From Eledone cirrhosa (Eukaryota), in the NCBI GenBank assembly GCA_964016885.1, contig CAXHJY010000545.1, forward strand, positions 1 to 64,000: DNA of 64,000 bases, read 5' to 3'. Below, piece after piece: positions 18,227 through 35,806 of this stretch. A program made the position numbers and the translations under genes. How positions within the stretch are numbered: the stretch's first letter is position 1; each line of letters starts with the position of its first letter. Below the pieces are notes generated by a model, which saw nothing but the letters and a program-made list of their open reading frames with translations, was not told the DNA's origin and did not search any database.

Positions 18227-18356
18227 TTATACTGCCACTCTAATTCTGTAATGAATGTTGACCCACAATGTTTGAATATGTATCAATGTTTGAATATGTA
18301 TTGGTATGTCTCTCGGCTGAAAAGGAGGTCATATAACTGTCCATGCATTAATAAAT

Positions 18357-18403
18357 TGCTCCGAAGAATCCAAACCTCGGTTTGGAGGAAACAGCTGTAA
18401 GCA
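18357..18403 (+). ncRNA. Variant minimal hammerhead motif (CCGAAGA core) in a ~220-bp insert (18227-18445)
   Basis: UGCU-CCGAAGA-A-UCCAAAC(CUCG)GUUUGGA-G-GAAA-CAGCUG-UA-AGCA; palindromic stem III ACAGCUGU. Confidence 0.7.
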
Positions 18404-18445
18404 CAATAATGTTTTGAACAGTTCTTTGATTCTTATATTTCATAT

Positions 18446-18581
18446 ATGTTATATATATATCTACGTATAAGTATATATATATATATCTACGTATATGTAT
18501 ATATACATATATGTATATGTATATATACATATATGTATATGTATATATACATATATGTATATATATATATATATATATACG

Positions 18582-18615
<34 letters not shown>

Positions 18616-18684
18616 TGTATATATATATACATATATGTGTATATATATATAACATATATGTGTATATATATATCTAAGTATAAG

Positions 18685-18716
<32 letters not shown>

Positions 18717-19105
18717 CGTATATGTATATATATATATATATACGTATATGTATATATATATACATATATGTGTATATATATGTATATATATATATATATA
18801 CGTATATGTATATATATATACATATATGTGTATATATATATACATATATGTATATATATATATACGTATATATATATATATACATATACGTATATATATA
18901 CTATATACATATACGTATATATATATATACATATACGTATATATATATATACATATACGTATATATATATACATATACGTATATATATATACATATACGT
19001 ATATATATATACATTTACGTATATATATATACATATACGTATATATATATATACATATACGTATATATATATATACATATACGTATATATATATATACAT
19101 ATATG

Positions 19106-19139
<34 letters not shown>

Positions 19140-19551
19140 CATATATGTATATATATATATACATATACGTATATATATATATATACATATACGTATATAT
19201 ATATATATACATATACGTATATATATATATACATATATGTATATATATATATACATATATGTATATATATATACATATATGTATATATATATATATATGT
19301 ATATATAAATGTATATATTTATATATGTATATATATGTATATACATATATATATATGTATATATTTATGTATATATTTATATATGTATATATATGTATAT
19401 ATTTATATACATATATGTATATATTTATATACATATATGTATATATTTATATACATATATGTATATATATGTAATACATATATGTATATACATATATGTA
19501 TATATATATATATGTATATATTTATATACATATATATATATATATGTATAT
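18446..19551. repeat. Degenerate (AT)n array with TACGTA variants
   Basis: Direct reading. Confidence 0.97.
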
Positions 19552-20115
19552 ATATGAGAGACGTAAAATAAGAAAATTATAAAATTAACTTACTTACTAA
19601 ATATCACTTCCAACTAAATTAGTTTCTGGAATGGAGTAAATATATTTTCCGAAGAAGAGATAAAGAAACATTCCGTCCTCAGGAAGACTATTCTCATCTA
19701 AGTATCCAGGCAAAGCGTGGACTCTGGAAACTTATTAAAAAATAATTCAGTGGATAGGAAATAGCAAAGCGTGGACTGAATTCCTAGCCATTGAGAAAAT
19801 CACTGCCTCTGCGTCTGTGGCAAATTCAAAAAGAATCAATCACATGACATCGAGGTCAATCAGTGGAAAGTGGTTTGCTAATAAGACAGCGGCCTGCCTG
19901 CTACCATTGCAGCAGTCATGGCCAATATTGCTCGACAAATAATTTGGAGATAATTATAAAGAATTAATATCTAGTAACATATATATACATACAGATGCAT
20001 ATCAATGCTAGCAGATATATAGGTTTTGTCTTAGTAACTTTGTGGTTCAATGCATGGGGTTGCAGAACAATAATATGAGAGACGTAAAATAAGAAAATTA
20101 TAAAATTAACTTACT
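19552..20115 (-). mobile_element. Non-coding ~560-bp insert with ~43-bp terminal direct repeat and hammerhead-like motif (19607-19686); PLE/retrozyme-like
   Basis: atgagagacgtaaaataagaaaattataaaattaacttact at both ends; minus strand CUUC-CUGAGGA-C-GGAAUG...CAUUCC-A-GAAA-CUAAUUUAG-UU-GGAAG. Confidence 0.7.
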
Positions 20116-20134
20116 ATATATATATACGTATATG

Positions 20135-20167
<33 letters not shown>

Positions 20168-20829
20168 GTATATATATATATATATGTATATGTATGTATA
20201 TGTATATGTATATATGTATATGTATATATATATATGTATATGTATATATATATATACGTATATGTATATATATATATATACGTATATATGTATATATATA
20301 TACGTATATATATATATATACGTATATGTATATAATATATATATATATATGTATATATATGTATATATATATATGTATATATATGTATATATATGTATAT
20401 ATATATATGTATATATATGTATATATGTATATATATATATGTATATATATGTATATATATGTATATATATGTATGTATATATATGTATATATATGTATAT
20501 ATATGTATGTATATATATGTATATATATGTATATATATATATGTATATATATATATGTATATATATGTGTATATATATATATGTATATATATATATGTAT
20601 ATATATGTATATATATATATATGTATATATATATGTATATATGTATATATATATATGTATATGTATATATGTATATATGTATATGTATATATGTATATGT
20701 ATATGTATATATGTATATATGTATATGTATATGTATATATATGTATATGTATATGTATATATATGTATATATATGTATATATATATGTATATGTATATAT
20801 ATGTATATGTATATATATGTATATGTATA

Positions 20830-20870
<41 letters not shown>

Positions 20871-21051
20871 ATATGTATATATATGTATATATGTATATGT
20901 ATATATATGTATATGTATATATATGTATATGTATATGTATATATATGTGTATGTATATGTATATATGTATATGTATATATGTATATGTATATGTATATAT
21001 ATATATATATGTATATATATGTATATATATGTATATGTGTATATATATATA

Positions 21052-21098
<47 letters not shown>

Positions 21099-21211
21099 GT
21101 ATATATATATATGTATATATATGTATATATATATATGTATATATATGTATATATATATGTATATATATATATATATGTATATATATGTATATATATATAT
21201 GTATATATATG

Positions 21212-21256
<45 letters not shown>

Positions 21257-21461
21257 GTATATATATATATGTATATATATATATGTATATATATATATGT
21301 ATATATATATATGTATATATATATATGTATATATATGTATATATATATATATGTATATATATATATGTATATATATGTATATATATATATATGTATATAT
21401 ATGTATATATATATATATGTATATATATGTATATATATATATATGTATATATATGTATATG

Positions 21462-21543
<82 letters not shown>

Positions 21544-21544
21544 A

Positions 21545-21608
<64 letters not shown>

Positions 21609-21619
21609 GTATATATATG

Positions 21620-21668
<49 letters not shown>

Positions 21669-21733
21669 GTATATATATGTATATATGTATATGTATATAT
21701 ATATGTATATATATGTGTATATGTATATATATA

Positions 21734-21766
<33 letters not shown>

Positions 21767-21780
21767 ATATATGTATATAA

Positions 21781-21823
<43 letters not shown>

Positions 21824-21874
21824 GTATATATATATGTATATATGTATATATATATATGTATATATATATGTATG

Positions 21875-21909
<35 letters not shown>

Positions 21910-21974
21910 GTATATATACGTATATATATATGTATATATATATATATATATGTATATATACGTATATATATATG

Positions 21975-22013
<39 letters not shown>

Positions 22014-22028
22014 GTATATATATATACG

Positions 22029-22060
<32 letters not shown>

Positions 22061-22073
22061 AATATATATATAC

Positions 22074-22108
<35 letters not shown>

Positions 22109-22121
22109 CATATATATATAC

Positions 22122-22158
<37 letters not shown>

Positions 22159-22243
22159 CATATATATATACATATATACATATATATATACATATATATA
22201 TATATATACATATATATACATATATATATATATATACATATAT

Positions 22244-22274
<31 letters not shown>

Positions 22275-22328
22275 TACGTATATATATATATACGTATATG
22301 TATATATACGTATATATATATATATACG

Positions 22329-22362
<34 letters not shown>

Positions 22363-22534
22363 CGTATATATATATATATATATATATATACGTATATGTA
22401 TATATATATATATATACGTATATGTATATATATATATACGTATATGTATATATATATATATATATATACGTATATGTATATATATATGTGTATATGTATA
22501 TATATATATATATATATATACGTATATGTATATA

Positions 22535-22566
<32 letters not shown>

Positions 22567-23292
22567 CGTATATACGTATATGTATATATATATATATATA
22601 CGTATATACGTATATACGTATATGTATATATATATATATATACGTATATATATATATATATATATGTATATGTATATGTATATATACGTATATGTATATA
22701 TACGTATATGTATATATATATACGTATATATATATATGTATATATGTATGTATGTATATATATATGTATATACGTATATGTATATATGTATGTATATATG
22801 TATATATGTATATATGTATGTATATATATGTATATATGTATATATACGTATATGTATATATATATATATGTATATATGTATATATACGTATATGTATATA
22901 TATATATACGTATATATGTATATATGTATGTATGTATATATATATGTTTATATGTATATATGTATGTATATATATATGTATATATATATGTATATATATA
23001 TGTATATATATATATGTATATATATATGTATATATATATGTATATATATATGTATATATATATGTATATATATATGTATATATATGTATATATATATATG
23101 TATATATGTATATATATATGTATATATATATGTATATATATGTATATATATATGTATATATATATATGTATATGTATATGTATATATGTATATGTATATG
23201 TATATATGTATGTATATATATATGTATATATGTATATATGTATATATATATGTATATATGTATGTATATATGTATATATATATGTATATATG

Positions 23293-23336
<44 letters not shown>

Positions 23337-23502
23337 TATGTATATATATATGTATATATGTATATGTATATGTATATATATATGTATATATATATATGTA
23401 TATATATATGTATATATATATGTATATATATATATATATGTATATATGTATATATGTATATATATATGTATATATGTATATATATATGTATATATATATA
23501 TG

Positions 23503-23545
<43 letters not shown>

Positions 23546-23582
23546 GTATATATATATATATATGTATATATGTATATATATA

Positions 23583-23615
<33 letters not shown>

Positions 23616-23622
23616 ATATATA

Positions 23623-23655
<33 letters not shown>

Positions 23656-23702
23656 ATATATATGTATATATATATATATATGTATATATATACATATATA
23701 TG

Positions 23703-23751
<49 letters not shown>

Positions 23752-23785
23752 GTATATATATATGTATATATATATATATATGTAT

Positions 23786-23835
<50 letters not shown>

Positions 23836-23860
23836 GTATATGTATATATATATGTATATG

Positions 23861-23891
<31 letters not shown>

Positions 23892-24426
23892 GTATATGTA
23901 TATGTATATATATATGTATATATATATGTATATATATATATATGTATATATATATGTATATATATATATATATGTATATATATATGTATATATATATATA
24001 TATGTATATATATATGTATATATATATATATATGTATATATATATGTATATATATATGTATATATATATGTATATATATATATATATGTATATATATATG
24101 TATATATATATATATATGTATATATATATGTATATATATATATATATGTATATATATATGTATATATATATATATATGTATATATATATGTATATATATA
24201 TGTATATGTATATATATGTATATATATGTATATATATGTATATATATATATATGTATATATATGTATATATATATGTATATATATATGTATATATATATG
24301 TATATATATATGTATATATATGTATATATATATATATGTATATATATGTATATATGTATATATATATGTATATATATATGTATATATATATGTATATATG
24401 TATGTATATATGTATATATATGTATA

Positions 24427-24471
<45 letters not shown>

Positions 24472-24514
24472 GTATATATATATGTATATATGTATATATA
24501 TATGTATATATATG

Positions 24515-24545
<31 letters not shown>

Positions 24546-24588
24546 GTATATATATATGTATATATGTATATATATATGTATATATATG

Positions 24589-24619
<31 letters not shown>

Positions 24620-24679
24620 GTGTATATATATATATGTATATATGTATATTATATATGTATATATATATGTATATATATG

Positions 24680-24710
<31 letters not shown>

Positions 24711-25049
24711 GTGTATATATATATATGTATATATGTATATTATATATGTATATTATATATGTATATATGTATATTATATATATATATTATATATATATGT
24801 ATATATATATATATGTATATATGTATATATATATGTATATATGTATATTATATATATATATTATGTATATATGTATATATATATGTATATATGTATATTA
24901 TATATATATATTATGTATATATGTATATATATATGTATATATGTATATTATATATATATATTATATATATATGTATATATATATGTATATATATATGTAT
25001 ATATATATGTATATATATATGTGTATATATATATATATATGTATATATA
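20116..25049. repeat. Degenerate (AT)n array, mainly TATG
   Basis: Direct reading. Confidence 0.97.
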
Positions 25050-25541
25050 TAAAATATTAAACAAATAATGATTAAAACAATGAAACAGTTCCTTATATTA
25101 AACAAAAAAAGTTCATTATTTAACGATCGTTTCTAGGATATATATGTGTTAGAATTGGCATGCATATTCAACAGATCTATGTACAAAATTATACAAAATT
25201 ATACAAACTATCAAGATTAAATATACATACCAAACACACATATATGCCGTCTTCAGAAATAATGAAATATATCATATATATCCTAGAAACGATCGTTAAA
25301 TAATGAACTTTTTTTGTTTAATATAAGGAACTGTTTCATTGTTTTATTCATTATTTGTTTAATATTTTATCTTGACTCTGTATTCCGTTTATCTTTCACC
25401 GAAAGTGATTTTTCATTACATCTCTTCTTTCCATGATGTCCGGAATACATTGAGTTCTTCATACGGATTGGACACTACCGTAAACTCTTGGTAGATTTAT
25501 CTACATATGTCGTAAACTCTTGGTAGATTTATCTACATATG
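25050..25541. mobile_element. Non-coding insert with ~95-bp inverted repeat (about 25050-25146 / 25275-25370) and minus-strand hammerhead (25112-25266); probable inverted pLTR remnant
   Basis: UUCAUUAUUU-CUGAAGA...GAAA-CGAUCG-UU-AAAUAAUGAA (10-bp stem I, palindromic stem III); ~30-bp tandem duplication at the right end. Confidence 0.72.
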
Positions 25542-28200
<2,659 letters not shown>

Positions 28201-28947
28201 GGGCATAGACATGAGCGATGATGCATCTTTTTCTTCACACATCATGAAGGTGGCGACAGCATGTAGACGATTCGCTGGCTGGATCTTGAGGACTTTCCTT
28301 ACAAGAGATCGAGACACCATGTTGACACTGTGGAGGACTTTTGTCCTAAGCCGCCTGGACTACTGCTCCCAGCTGTGGTCACCCCATAGTGTCAAACTAA
28401 CCACAGAGCTTGAGGCAATCCAGCGAAGCTACACCAAGAGGATTGGCAAGATGAGGGAGACAAGCTACTGGGAGAGGCTGAAGGAACTGAACCTCTACTC
28501 CTTGGAGCGAAGACGGGAGAGATACGCAGTGATCTACATGTGGAAAATCCTGGAGGGACTAGCACCAAACTTTGGCATTGGGAGCTGGACCAACCGTCGA
28601 ACAGGACGTCACTGTGTGGTGCCAAAGGTCGCGTCTTCCACATCTAGAATAAGGAGCAGGTATTGCAATAGCCTGGGATTCAAGGGCCCTCAACTCTTCA
28701 ACAGGCTGCCGAGGCTTCTGCGAGACTTGCATGACGTGGAGGTGGATGTCTTTAAGAAACATCTCGACACCTTGTTATCCAGGATCCCGGATGAGCCCAC
28801 AGCAAAACACGAGGGAAACCTAAGGGCAGCAGCAACAAACTCCCTCCTACACCAGTGGCCAACCTATACAGGCTGGAGATAAAATGTGTAGCAACAAGGG
28901 CGGTGCCCCAGCATGGCCTCAGCCGGATGGCTGAAACAGGTAAAAGA
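28201..28947 (+). mobile_element. 5'-truncated CR1-group LINE (ORF2 C-terminus, stop at 28882, plus 3' tail)
   Basis: GWILRTF, SRLDYCSQLWSP, YWERLKELNLYSLERRRERY; tail ggcggtgccccagcatggcc...ggctgaaacaggtaaaaga. Confidence 0.88.
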
Positions 28948-28994
28948 GTATACGTATATGTATATATATATACGTATATGTATATATATATACG

Positions 28995-29028
<34 letters not shown>

Positions 29029-29237
29029 CGTATATATATATATATATACGTATATATATATATATATGTATATATATATACGTATATGTATATATATATA
29101 AATATACGTATATGTATATATATATATACGTATATATATATATACGTATATGTATATATATATATATATACGTATATGTATATATATATATATATACGTA
29201 TATGTATATATATATATATATACGTATATGTATATAT

Positions 29238-29686
29238 ATGGTGGCTGCCAACTCGTTTTCGAGTACGGCCACTACTTTATATCCATGTAGGAGAACCCCT
29301 ACCAATGCGCTGAACGAATGTGACTTTTTAGTCCAGCCAGCGACTTGAAAACTCTGGTACAAACACTACACTTGTGACAATTATTGACACATAGTGCTGG
29401 GCCCATGGTACCATGTGACGACAAGTGCAGAGAGATCTCCAGATATAAAGCAATGCCTGTGCTGTGAAGCTTTTATAGTGAGCAAAGGCACTGCACAAAG
29501 CCAGTCCCACTCTCTTAACCAAGATGATATTTACCAAAAAGAAGAACAATTCAACATCATTGGATACCATCAGGGTTGCAGGTGTTATATCAGAGTTTTC
29601 CTTCTCCTAGAATTCTGCCTTGACAAAGGCTAAGGGGTCATCTCTCCCGGTGATTTTGGATGGCTATTGACTCTTAAGAGCCTCTT
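29238..29686 (-). mobile_element. Non-autonomous retroposon X, copy 1
   Basis: Four similar copies share one fixed end (GCCACCAT + AT repeat) and differ at the other; orientation inferred. Confidence 0.8.
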
Positions 29687-29704
29687 TATATATATATATA
29701 TACG

Positions 29705-29740
<36 letters not shown>

Positions 29741-29776
29741 TACGTATATATATATATACGTATATATATATATACG

Positions 29777-29810
<34 letters not shown>

Positions 29811-30828
29811 TACGTATATATATATATATATATATAGTATATATATATATATATATATACGTATATGTATATGTACATATATATATGTATATGTACATAT
29901 ATATACGTATATGTATATATATATAAATATATGTATATGTATATATATATATGTATATATATATAAATATACGTATATATATATATATGTATATATATAT
30001 AAATATACGTATATGTATATATATATATATGTATATATATATAAATATACGTATATGTATATATATATATATATAAATATACGTATATGTATATATATAT
30101 ATATGTATATATATATAAATATACGTATATGTATATATATATATACGTATATATATATAAATATACGTATATGTATATATATATATATACGTATATGTAT
30201 ATAAATATACGTATATGTATATATATATATACGTATATGTATATATATATAAATATACGTATATGTATATATATATATATGTATATATATATACGTATAT
30301 GTATATATATATAAATATACGTATATATATATAAATATACGTATATGTATATATATAAATATACGTATATGTATATATATATATATGTATATATATATAC
30401 GTATATATATATGTATATATATATACGTATATGTATATATATATATACGTATATGTATATATATATATACGTATATGTATATATATATAAATATACGTAT
30501 ATGTATATATATATATACGTATATGTATATATATATAAATATACGTATATGTATATATATATATATACGTATATGTATATATATATATATATACGTATAT
30601 GTATATATATATATATACGTATATGTATATATATATATATATACGTATATGTATATATATATATATACGTATATGTATATATATATATACGTATATGTAT
30701 ATATATATATACGTATATGTATATATATATATACGTATATGTATATATATATATACGTATATGTATATATATATATGTATGTATATATATATATGTATGT
30801 ATATATATATATATACGTATATATATAT
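29687..30828. repeat. Degenerate (AT)n array with TAAATATACGTA units
   Basis: Direct reading. Confidence 0.97.
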
Positions 30829-31393
30829 ATTGTTATACTTTGGGAGAGTCATGTTGCCAATAAGAAACACACGCACCAGTTGCTTTCACAATTTATTATA
30901 TATTTATAAATTTACAAGTTTATAAATTTATAAATTTCTGGTTGGTTGGTTGGTTCCACAACCAGATAGTTGTTTATATATAGTCATAGTCCTTTCGTCA
31001 CACACTCTGTGACCTCTTCAGTGACTAAGGATTCCTTTCTTTGTTTCTGTGCCTCTCCTTTCTTCTGTCCTACGCCATTTTGTTTCTGTGTGTGTGTTGT
31101 GTGCTCAGTCTCCGCATGCGCCACATCCGGGTGTCTGTGTGTGTTTATATTCATTTATTTATTTGTTTATTTATTTACTTATTTACATGTTACTGGTAAA
31201 TTAGAGAACATAGAAATAAAAATAGAATCTACACACAGAAAAGATGCAATGTTTAGACAAATTACAGAGGCAATAAACATAAAAGAATTACAACCAAAAT
31301 TTAATAGAAAATATGAGTGGAACAGCAACATCACAACTTACAATTAAGGACAAAATGAAACCACACACACACATAGAACAAACAACCAACCAG
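30829..31393 (-). mobile_element. Family A pLTR fragment (30829-31191, hammerhead 30982-31026) joined to an inverted GIY-YIG C-terminal fragment (31195-31393, +)
   Basis: Matches the family A 3' end; + strand encodes GKLENIEIKIESTHRKDAMF...YEWNSNITTYN. Confidence 0.9.
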
Positions 31394-32017
31394 TGCTGAT
31401 GAAACATTTTCCACATCATGCAGATAATATAACGCCCACGGCGACGTTGGAGTGAGTAAAATTTCAGCTTTTCTAGTCGACCCCAGTAGTCAAGGTCTGA
31501 CATGCCATCTATCTTTTTCGTGATTGCCCTTTGGGAAGCTTCAAGTCTCATGATACTTTGTTTCGTGTGGGGAGACCACAGTGGACAACAGTATTCAAGG
31601 TGTGGTCGGGCAAAAGTGGAGAAGAGAAGGATAATGGTGTGGGAATCTCTCGACTGGAAGGTTCTGAGGATCCAGGAACACATTCTGCGGGCCATGTCAA
31701 CTTTGCTGCTTATCTGCGTGGCCCTGCTTATGTTGCTGTCCACGGTTACTCCCAAGTCTCTGATGTTGTTAGATGCCACGAGAGTTTCACCGGAGGGAAG
31801 GGAGTACGGGAGTTTCACAGTATCCTCTTTTCCAAAGTGGATCAGTTCAAATTCGTCTTCGTTCAGTAACATGTTGTTCTTTTCCGCCCATTGGGTAACA
31901 GACTGAAGGCTTATCCGGTCAGCCACGCCATTGATGACCTTTTGATGCTTGGAATCATCAGCGAAAATTCTAATGTTGCTGTGTTTGATGATGTCAGTGA
32001 TGTCATTAATATAGATG
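31394..32017 (-). mobile_element. CR1-group LINE RT fragment, a different family from 28201
   Basis: IYINDI, IFADDSK, RDLGV, WILRTF, RPHLEYCCPLWSP, YSLQRRR. Confidence 0.88.
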
Positions 32018-32131
32018 ATGTATATATATATACATACATACATATATGTATATATATATACATACATACATACATATATATATATGCATACATACATATA
32101 TATATACATACATACAAACATATATCTATAC

Positions 32132-32740
32132 ATGGTGGCTGCCAACTCGTTTTCGAGTACGGCCACTACTTTATATCCATGTAGGAGAACCCCTACCGAA
32201 GCGCTAAACAAGTGTGACTTTTTAGTCCAGCCAGCGACTTGAAAACTCTGGTACAAACACTACACTTGTGACAATTATTGACACATAGTGCTGGGCCCAT
32301 GGTCCCATGTGACGACAAATGCAGAGAGATCTCCAGATATAAAGCAATGCCTGTGCCGTGAAGCTTTTATAGTGAGTAAAGGCACTGCACAAAGCCAGTC
32401 CCACTCTCTTAACCAAGATGATATTTACCAAAAAGAAGAACAAGTCAGCATCATTGGATACCATCAGGGTTGCAGGTGTTATATCAGAGTTTTCCTTCTA
32501 GAATTCTGCCTTGACAAAGGCTAAGGGATCATCTCTCCCGGTGATTTTGGATGGCCATTGACTCTTAAGAGCTCCTTTGCCCTTTGACAGGTTTTGTTTT
32601 TAGTCCCGCAGGATGTCCAAAGTCACCCTCCTCGCCAAGAAACCTTGGTGGGGTTGCCAGTTTAGTCGCCAACGACCCGACCATGAGACAGGTTGTACTG
32701 GGATACATGTTACCAATAGCACCAACTGGTGACCTGACAT
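32132..32740 (-). mobile_element. Non-autonomous retroposon X, copy 2 (longest)
   Basis: Colinear with copy 1 and about 160 bp longer. Confidence 0.8.
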
Positions 32741-32816
32741 ATCTATACATACATACATATATACATACATATATACATACATACTTACACACACACACAC
32801 ACACATACATACATAT

Positions 32817-32905
<89 letters not shown>

Positions 32906-33107
32906 TGTAAAATAAAGTTAAATAAAAAGTCAAATGATTAAAAGTTAGCTTCGTTTATACATATATGTATGTTTATATATATATATGTATGTATGTATAT
33001 ATATATACATATATGTAAAATAAAGTTAAATAAAAAGTCAAATGATTAAAAGTTAGCTTCGTTTATACATATATGTATGTATATATGTATGTATGTATGT
33101 ATATATA

Positions 33108-33657
33108 TCGGGTCGTTGGCGACTAAACTGGCAACCCTACCAAGGTTTCTTGGTGAGGAGGGTGAGTTTGGACATCTGGCAGGACTAAAAACAAAGCCTG
33201 TCAAAGGGCAAAGGAGCTCTTAAGAGTCAATGGCCATCCAAAATCACCGGGAGAGATGATCCCTTAGCCTTTGTCAAGGCAGAATTCTAGAAGGAAAACT
33301 CTGATATAACACCTGCAACCCTGATGGTATCCAATGATGTTGACTTGTTCTTCTTTTTGGTAAATATCATCTTGTTTAAGAGAGTGGGACTGGCTTTTTG
33401 CAGTGCCTTTTTTTCACTATAAAAGCTTCACGGCACAGGCATTGCTTTATATCTGAAGATCTCTCTGCACTTCTCGTCACATGGTACCATGGACCCAGCA
33501 CTATGTGTCAGTAATTGTCACAAGTGTAGTGTTTGTACCAGAGTTTTCAAGTCCCTGGCTGGACTAAAAAGTGACACTCGTTCAGCGCATCGGTAGGGGT
33601 TCTCCTGCATGGATATAAAGTAGTGGCCGTCCTCGAAAACGAGTTGGTAGCCACCAT
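33108..33657 (+). mobile_element. Non-autonomous retroposon X, copy 3 (inverted relative to copy 2)
   Basis: Diverged reverse complement of 32132-32680. Confidence 0.8.
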
Positions 33658-33730
33658 ATATATATACATATATGTATGTATGTATGTATATATATATACA
33701 TATATGTATATATATATACATATATGTATG

Positions 33731-34139
33731 TTTTCTCTTTCTCTTAATTTCGATTATAATGTTTTGACCGGCCACCTTCCTGGTGGCAAGGTTGTAAAAG
33801 AAAAGAAATTGTCATCCCTTGAATCGCAAGAATGTTTTACAAATTTTGAAGGTGCCAGCTATCGCAGCCATCTGCAGACTATGAATTAGGGAGCTGCGTT
33901 TTTTGTCCGCAAATCCAAGTTCAGTCATACTTTGGTCCAAGCGGGTTGGTATATAACCCGTAGCTCCAATAATCATGGGTATGAAGCTAAAGGTGTATCT
34001 TGGATACTGGATTTGTTAACTCCTCATCAATGGTCCGGAGATGTCATCCTTCTCCTGTATTTTTCTGACAACGTTTACATCAAGTGGGCAGCTGATCTCC
34101 ACAACAGAACACGTTTTCAATGTGTGGTCCCAAACTACA

Positions 34140-34143
<4 letters not shown>
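33731..34143 (-). mobile_element. Short 5'-truncated R4/Dong copy (RLE C-terminus + 3' UTR)
   Basis: Matches 35807-36219 with substitutions; same 3' end. Confidence 0.9.
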
Positions 34144-34170
<27 letters not shown>

Positions 34171-34326
34171 TATATATATATACATATATATATGTATGTA
34201 TGTATGTATATATATATATACATATATGTATATATATATATATATACATATATGTATATATATATACATATATGTATATATATATATATACATATATGTA
34301 TGTATGTATATATATATACATGTATG

Positions 34327-34371
<45 letters not shown>

Positions 34372-34850
34372 ATATATATACATGTATGTATGTATATATA
34401 TATATACATGTATGTATGTATGTATGTATGTATGTATGTATGTATATATATATGTATGTATATATATATACATGTATATATATATATATATACATATATG
34501 TATGTATATATATATACATGTATATATATATATATATACATATATGTATATATATATATATACATATATGTATGTATATATATATACATGTATGTATGTA
34601 TGTATATATATATACATGTATGTATGTATATATATATACATGTATGTATGTATGTATATATATATACATGTATGTATGTATGTATATATATATGTATGTA
34701 TGTATATATATATGTATGTATGTATATATATATACATGTATGTATGTATGTATATATATATGTATGTATATATATATATATACATGTATGTATGTATGTA
34801 ATTATATATACATGTATGTATGTATATATATATACATGTATGTATGTATA

Positions 34851-34883
<33 letters not shown>

Positions 34884-35246
34884 ATATATATACATGTATG
34901 TATGTATATATATATACATGTATGTATGTATATATATATACATGTATGTATGTATATATATATACATGTATGTATGTATATATATATACATGTATGTATG
35001 TATATATATATACATGTATGTATGTATATATATATATATACATGTATGTATGTATGTATGTATATATACATGTATGTATGTATGTATGTATATATATATA
35101 CATGTATGTATGTATGTATATATATATACATGTATGTATGTATGTATATATATATACATGTATGTATGTATGTATATATACATGTATGTATGTATGTATA
35201 TATACACATGTATGTATGTATGTATATATATATATGTATATATATG

Positions 35247-35277
<31 letters not shown>

Positions 35278-35638
35278 GTATGTATATATATATGTATGTA
35301 TGTATATATATATATATGTATGTATATATATATATATGTATGTATATATATATATATGTATGTATATATATATATATATATGTATGTATATGTATGTATG
35401 TATGTATATGTATGTATGTATATATATATATGTATGTATATATATATGTATGTATATATATATATGTATGTATATATATATATGTATGTATATATGTATG
35501 TATGTATATATATATGTATGTATATATATATGTATGTATATATATATGTATGTATATATATATGTATGTATATATATATGTATGTATATATATATGTATG
35601 TATGTATGTATGTATATATGTATGTATGTATGTATGTA

Positions 35639-35674
<36 letters not shown>

Positions 35675-35806
35675 TGTATATATATATGTATGTATGTATG
35701 TATGTATATATATATGTATGTATATATATATGTATGTATATATATATGTATGTATATATATATGTATGTATATATATATGTATGTATATATGTATGTATG
35801 TATATG
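34144..35806. repeat. (AT)n / (TATG)n compound microsatellite
   Basis: Direct reading. Confidence 0.97.
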
